From: Ascidiella aspersa
Lineage: Eukaryota
Direction: 5' to 3'
NCBI GenBank assembly: GCA_963924565.1
Contig: OZ004609.1
Coordinates: 27,342,001-27,406,000 of the forward strand
Length of the DNA: 64,000 bases
Positions 62,795 to 64,000 of this stretch are shown one piece after another (positions within the stretch are counted from its first letter, which is position 1; each line of letters starts with the position of its first letter). Under the pieces are notes generated by a model. It saw only the letters and a program-made list of their open reading frames with translations. It did no database searches and was not told the DNA's origin. The position numbers and the translations under genes were made by a program.

Positions 62795-64000
62795 CTCATA
62801 AGCGGCCCCCAAAAAACTCTTTTAATTGGTTAGTAGCCTATTTATTGATGCTCGTGTATTTCAAAAGAGGAACAGGGCCACCGTGCTATCTGAACTCCAC
62901 TAAATCAAAACTAAACAAACTGCCATTGCATTTCGAAGTGCATCTTGTCAGGTCTCTTATAGATATATTGTACATTCTAAAATTCAACATAGCTCCGCTT
63001 TCAATAAAACAAATTACAGCGCAGTACAACGCGTCTCACAAGTAAGACGTTCGTCGTTCATATCGTTGTCTAGTTTGCAGTAGAATGCGAATGAAACTAA
63101 CGCCCATGAAAAGCAAACGCGTTGGAAGATTAACTGGTCAGTTAACGAGCAGGACGCACGGGAAAGCGAAATATGCCAGAATGTTTTTACGACGACTTTT
63201 CGATTGAACACGTTAAATAACAAAATTAGATGCTCGCTATCGACACTAGTTAGGATAGCACACTATTGTTTTAACCATCACCTTTATTTTGAATTTAAAT
63301 GGGGGCTTAAAAACAGATGTAATTTAGGTTTACTACACATGATATGTTAAAAGTATTTCAAATGTTTTTTTAGTATTAGTTCCAGTTTGTATAATGAATT
63401 TCAAAAGCCGAAAAGTTTCGACATGATCTTGATTAAGACGTTTCGATAAGAGCTTTTATTCACTTCAGTTAACGAAACGTCACTTTTAAAAGGTGGGACG
63501 CAATTCGCTATAATTCCTTTTCTAGTAGGTTTCTAGTAGGAGCATCAATTTTGGCTTACAAATTATCAAGCTACATTACAGATCGGTAGCATAGTTTGTT
63601 CAAATCTCGCAAAAATATTGCGTCAAAATGTATACCAGAATGTTTCAACAGAAGACTTTAAACCGCGTACTAGTCGTTTGATCCCTTAATTATATTCTGT
63701 ATTAGAGTAGACAGCTGCTGTTATTAGTGTGACTCGCTTCCACTCTAGTTACATTAGTTAGGAGCAATTCCCTTTTCATGGCGCAAATACTATTATTGTC
63801 TGCAGTTTGATGGCAGTTGGCTGAAAACAATGCAGATTTATTATTTATGATATTTGTCACATTACACAATACGATACAAATTAATAAGATTCGACTGTAT
63901 CTGCAACAAGGGTATTTCAAATACAACACTACGGTTACCGATAGGACGACAACTGGCACTACAGATTCACAAAAAGGCGATAGATTTCACAATCCGACAT

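Overview
AT-rich, intron-containing eukaryotic (invertebrate metazoan) genomic DNA. The gene content, compact introns, many short DNA-transposon derivatives and patchy CpG depletion would fit a tunicate-like chordate, but that is inference only. Eight genes could be assembled by hand from GT-AG junctions with consistent reading phases. (1) The last two exons of an SLC6 transporter. (2) A complete tandem SLC6 paralog of the B0AT/SIT (SLC6A18/19/20-like) type. (3) An unusual polycystin-1-like gene encoding only TM1-PLAT-TM2..TM5, with no ectodomain/GPS and no channel domain. (4, 5) Head-to-head MRPL11 and MRPL36. (6) A 17-exon, nine-finger C2H2 zinc-finger gene. (7) An SLC18B1-like MFS transporter with a long N-terminal extension. 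(8) An RDH11-14-like short-chain dehydrogenase. Non-coding DNA carries many non-autonomous hAT-like MITEs (several with 8-bp target-site duplications, one nested), two tRNA-derived SINE-like heads (one folded into a perfect 42-bp hairpin), and a GG...CC/8-bp-TSD (Merlin-like) palindromic element with GGGTTAGGG motifs. Every copy of that element I found lies next to the 5' end of a housekeeping-type gene. Family assignments are from motif recognition; no database searches were run.
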